DNA from: Antedon mediterranea
Taxonomy: Eukaryota > Animalia > Echinodermata
Reading direction: 5' to 3'
Assembly (NCBI RefSeq): GCF_964355755.1
Contig: NC_092673.1
Location: 5,766,001 to 5,830,000 of the forward strand
DNA length: 64,000 nucleotides
The position numbers and the translations under genes were made by a program. Each line of letters starts with the position of its first letter. The first letter of the stretch is position 1. Below the pieces are notes generated by a model. It saw only the letters and a program-made list of their open reading frames with translations, had not been told where the DNA came from and made no database searches. Below are positions 59,493 through 64,000 of this stretch, piece by piece.

Positions 59493-60735
59493 TTTAGCTT
59501 TCGCCATCTTGGCTGATGTCTTGATCACAAGTGATCCGGTCCACTGCTACTTCCTGGAAATCATACTTTTTCGTAGCAATGATGTGTATACGTGATCGAG
59601 AAATACAGCCCCTTCGTCGTGGTTGATTGCTTTGCTTTATGATTTGGATTGCCTCTTTGATTCTACGCTTGGATGGGTTAGAGTCTTTATCAAGAATTTT
59701 TGCCATCTTCCAATCGATGATGTGGTTTTCTTGCGCTGCATGGTCTGTGATGGCGGATTTGTGGATTTCGGATGTTGATTCCTTTCTAGCTGCCCGGGTG
59801 TATTTGCGATCGGAGACCTTTTTCGTGTCTTTTTGGTGTTCTTTCAGTCTTACACCAAACTGTCGACCTGTTTTCCCAATATACGATTTCTTGCAACTTT
59901 TGCAAGGAATGTCGTACACAATGTCACTTGTTTGAGTAATGTCCTTTTGTCTTTGGGGTGGACTAGAATGCTTTTAAGAGTGTTTGTTGGACGCATGGCG
60001 GTGGAAATACCATATTTCTTAAAAATACTTTGAGCTTGTTCTGCCACTCCTTCGACATTAAGTAAAACAACCATACCCTTAGATGGTGTCTCCGACTCTT
60101 TGTTCTTCTTCCTTTGCTTTGGTTGTTTATTTTTTATTTGTTGTTTGACTCTGTCCAGTGACCACTTAGGGTATCCACATTTCATGAGTGCATTCCTGAT
60201 CTTAAGTTCTTCTTCTTTCTTATCTGCCTTCCTCTGTAACTCCGTTCTCCATTGTATCCATGAGCGTTCTGATGACCCCTAGCTTTTGATGTAGTGGGTG
60301 TTGAGATTGGAAGTTCAGGTACTGGTCAGTATGTGTCTTTTTCCTGTACACCAGTAATTTCAGTGACCCATCTTCTTTCCTGACGATTAATTTGTCTTCT
60401 TCCCAAACGTGAACTTGATGTTGCCTGTTGGATCGATGGAGTTGAGGTGATTAGTAAGTTTTTGTGTACTGTCTTTTTTAATTATCTCTGACACATCATC
60501 GACGTAGCGACACCACAGCTTCGGCTTACCATCAAGAGGTGATGTAGTGATGGCTTACATCTCTAGCCATTCCATAACAGATTGGCCAGGATTGCACTAA
60601 CAGGGCTGCCCATTGCAGCACCAAATATCTGACGATAAATTTGTCCTCTGAAGCTGAAATATGTTGTTGTGCAAATAAATTCTAAAAGAACAATAACATC
60701 ATCCGGGTTTAAATTAGTTCTTTGGTTTAGAGTTT
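59493..60735 (-). mobile_element. 5'-truncated, degraded Penelope-like retroelement (RT + GIY-YIG endonuclease)
   Basis: GAAMGSPVSAILANL, WCRYVDDV, VYRKKTHTDQYLNF and CGYPKW (RT and linker); VYDIPCKSCKKSYIGKTGRQFGVRLKEH...KEAIQI (GIY-YIG). Several frameshifts. Confidence 0.92.
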
Positions 60736-60780
60736 TCTACGAAAGCCCATTAATGCCATTTTAAGTATATGTTTTTTGAA

Positions 60781-61240
60781 CGTAATCCGTTCTAACGAAT
60801 TAGTAATTCGTTCAAACGAATTAGTAATCCGTTCAAACGAATTACTAATTCGTTCAAACGAATTAGTAATCCGTTTAAACGAATTAATAATTGTTTTTAA
60901 ACGGATTACTAATCTGTTTGAACGATTCGTTTGAACGGATTAGTAATCCGTTCAAACGAATTACAACATATACTTTAAATGGCACTTGTTGTATATGTTG
61001 CAATTGGTTTGAACGGATTAATAATTTGTTTGAACAGATTACTAATCCGTTCAAACGAATTACTAATTTGTTTAAACAGATTAATAATCTGTTCAAACGA
61101 ATTAGGAATCCGTCCAAACGGATTAGTAATTTGTTTAAACGAATTACTAATTCGTTCAAACAAATTAGTAATCCGTTTAAACAAATTATTAATTTGTTTA
61201 AACAAATTCCTAATTTGTTTAAACGGATTACTAATTCGTA
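60781..61240. repeat. Foldback-like array of ~22-bp degenerate repeats in both orientations around a central palindrome
   Basis: Unit ATTAGTAATCCGTTCAAACGA and its reverse complement. Centre AATTACAACATATAC...GTATATGTTGCAATT (60959-61005). Confidence 0.8.
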
Positions 61241-64000
61241 ATTATTAAATTAACTTGCTGGTTTTAATGCAATTGACTTTTATTAAAGATCAAGAGTAGG
61301 CCAAATTATATTTTAGTTCCTCTTACTTATTATTGTTGTTATATTAACCTTGCTTGAAAGCTTTTATTATTTAACACAAAAGTTTGTTTTACTCAATGCA
61401 TGTGCATTCTTCACGCATGAGACATTTTCTTTGAATCATGTGATACTGAAAACTTTGATGACATTTCCAATTGCTTCCCCTACACTACCGTACATTTTAT
61501 TTTTTTGTCCATTTGGCAATTTAGAATAAGAGGAATTACAACTGGTTGAGTTGATATAATTATCATTTCATGTAAATACTGAACATTTGTACTACAGCAA
61601 GGTTAGTTGAAAACAATTTTCACTGCAGTGCAAATTTTTTTCAAAATATTCTTATGACATAAGTTTATAGCTAGCCATTTCCTAACTAATTTTTATTTTA
61701 AATATAAATATTAAAATATTTTATTTATTTTTATTTTAAATAAAATTTAATGACTTTTTTTTATAAATATAAACAATTTGCCATAAAAAAAATCCATTAT
61801 ATATGTCTTATCAATGAAACTTATTCAATAAACACTAAGTTTGAATAGCTTTAATATTATATAAAATAGGCCTCCAAATGAATCGAACTGTAATTTTAAT
61901 TACAAATTTATACATTTTGAAATCGGTGTCTGTAAATAAAAGAAAGAAGGTAACACAGCTTAAATTATTTGAAAACGAATTTGAACAAAAAAGAAAAATA
62001 AAGGTGTCAGTTAGTTGAGTTTGAATTAAAATTGTTTCAACTGAAGTGTATAAGATATAGTAAACCTATATGTCATGACATTGGAGAACGGGCGATTATT
62101 CCAGTTTCATGTGCACTGTGTCGTTATTTGACATTTAGAGTTCATGGAAATGAAAGCAATTTATCACGTAGGCTATGAAGAACAAAATCAACTGTAAAAA
62201 CATACTTGCACAAAAATGTGTGGGTGACTGATGATTTGATTAGAAATTGATTTTGAGCCTCTCAGCCAAAATTTGAAAATTGAGATTTTTTTAGATAATC
62301 AGTCAACACAAAAATCTGTACAGAATGAACTAAAACGAGGATAAAGACGATTTTGTACAATAGCAAATTTTTAAGATTACCTAATTAATAAATGAGAAAG
62401 TACAGTACCGTAATACAAACTACCAGCACTTCAGTTTCTTTATGAAAATTCAAATTATAACACTGATTTTGAGGAGGCCTAAGATAAATTTATATTACTG
62501 TCCATTTAACATGTTTGCGTGAAAAAGTTATTACTATTCAATTAACACTTCAAAAAAGAAGGTTTGTGTAATTTTATGGCTGAGAAGTTTTTTTCAGGAA
62601 TAATTGTCACACTAAAAGCTTTATTGATGTTTAGGCTTTAAATTATTGAAGGTATATATATTCAAACAAAGAAACCATACAGGCAGCCAGGGGCGGTCAC
62701 AGGACCATTTTAATGGGGTTGCCCAAGAATCCAGGGCTGTCGGTACCGAGCATTTGCGGCACAAGCACCCATGGTGAACCTCTAGATCACTGCCGGAGAT
62801 TACACTCTATATCGGGCTACAGTAGAAAACAGCAATACCGATTGTATAACGCATATTTTTTCCGCCGGTTATAGGATAAAAACAATTTAGATAAAAATTA
62901 TTTTGAAATAAATTCTAAAGAAGTCAGTAAAACCACAATTTTCATTAAACTACACTCCAGAAAAGAAAATATCGAAATTTGCAGAAAGAAGCAATTTTAA
63001 CACTGTTATTTCAAAGTTAGGAACGTCCGTAATTATTACGGAATTTTGGCCCAATTTTACGGACATGGGAAATGAAGATATACCTTCTCATAATGCACAA
63101 GCAATCCAAACAGTCAGAAATTCATTCTGAGCATGTTCAGAAACATAATTATCTACATATATATCTGTGCACGGTATTGTTGACTGCAGGCTAATTGTAC
63201 GCTGCAGTCTGTCAATTTATATATATGTCTCAGAATGTAGTGGAAATGAACATTCATTGACAACTACATTTACTTACAAACAAACGGCTACCGACACCTT
63301 TGTTGTTTACCGCCGTGTAGCAAACTTGGCAAAAGATCAAAACAGATCACGGCGGAGTAGCGAACGTGCTTGCTGAATTTCTATTTATAGTACAGGTGAA
63401 TTTACAGGTAGTATCTTCTAATAAAACTAAAGAGGCTTATCTTCAAACTTGTTTTTAATTATACTTTGCGACGTGCCCGATGCTAATTTATTCATTTTTT
63501 GTATGTACGTACGTACTTTCAATTTAACAACTTTCGGGTGTCAATGTAATTGGAGAAATTATTCTTTTATTTTTAACAAGTTCTTTTTTGTATGTTTGTG
63601 TTTTTAAAAAACAAGTCTGGTCCACACGAACCCCACTGGCCTCGTATTTTCAAATAACAATAGTGCTAAAGGGGAGGAGTTTCTTTTAACATGAATATCG
63701 AACGTTCAAACGGTGTAGTACCTTGCAGACGGGTTTCAGAACAATAGAAGACGCATCTAGATGCGTCTCTGTGGTCTGGAATAATTATTTCGATCGTGCC
63801 TTATTTACCCATTTATCAAGGCAATCCAAATCTCTTTGTAGGGTTGAGTTTTTGTTGGTGTTGTATTTTCCAGGACTATTTTAAAGACCCATTCCCTACG
63901 ATTTTAGATCTAATTTAAGGTCACAAACTACATTAATAATGACTTATTTTTAATAAAAAAATATATGGAAAATGATCTTACGTCATGACTGCATTGTCTA

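Noticed and set aside
60884-61248. Four overlapping repetitive ORFs resembling leucine-rich or coiled-coil proteins
   Set aside because: They are translations of the 22-bp DNA repeat array.

Overview
AT-rich animal genomic DNA with spliceosomal introns; SINE and intron features suggest an invertebrate, possibly a deuterostome or echinoderm (unverified). The host content is a + strand tandem cluster of four single-exon TRIM modules (RING, two B-boxes, coiled coil, filamin, NHL) interleaved with death-effector-domain (DED) exons. Gene A (8346-14043) splices in frame, by my reading, into tandem DED + two TRADD-N-like domains + RING/B-box, and is frameshifted and truncated before filamin/NHL. Unit B (22424-25692) is a pseudogenised tandem-DED exon plus TRIM-NHL. 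Unit C is a DED-only mini-gene (33025-33896) followed by an intact 731-aa TRIM-NHL (36550-38745). Unit D (52340-53800) is a relic. The rest is a nested transposon landscape: Helitron-like and Helentron/DINE-like elements (one as a ~1.6-kb tandem array), a full-length Gypsy element interrupted by a two-gene PIF/Harbinger transposon, degraded LINEs, Penelope-like remnants with hammerhead-ribozyme motifs, tRNA-derived SINEs, MITEs and minisatellites. All domain calls come from motif recognition by eye, and exon models come from splice signals and phase arithmetic; neither was checked by search or transcript data.
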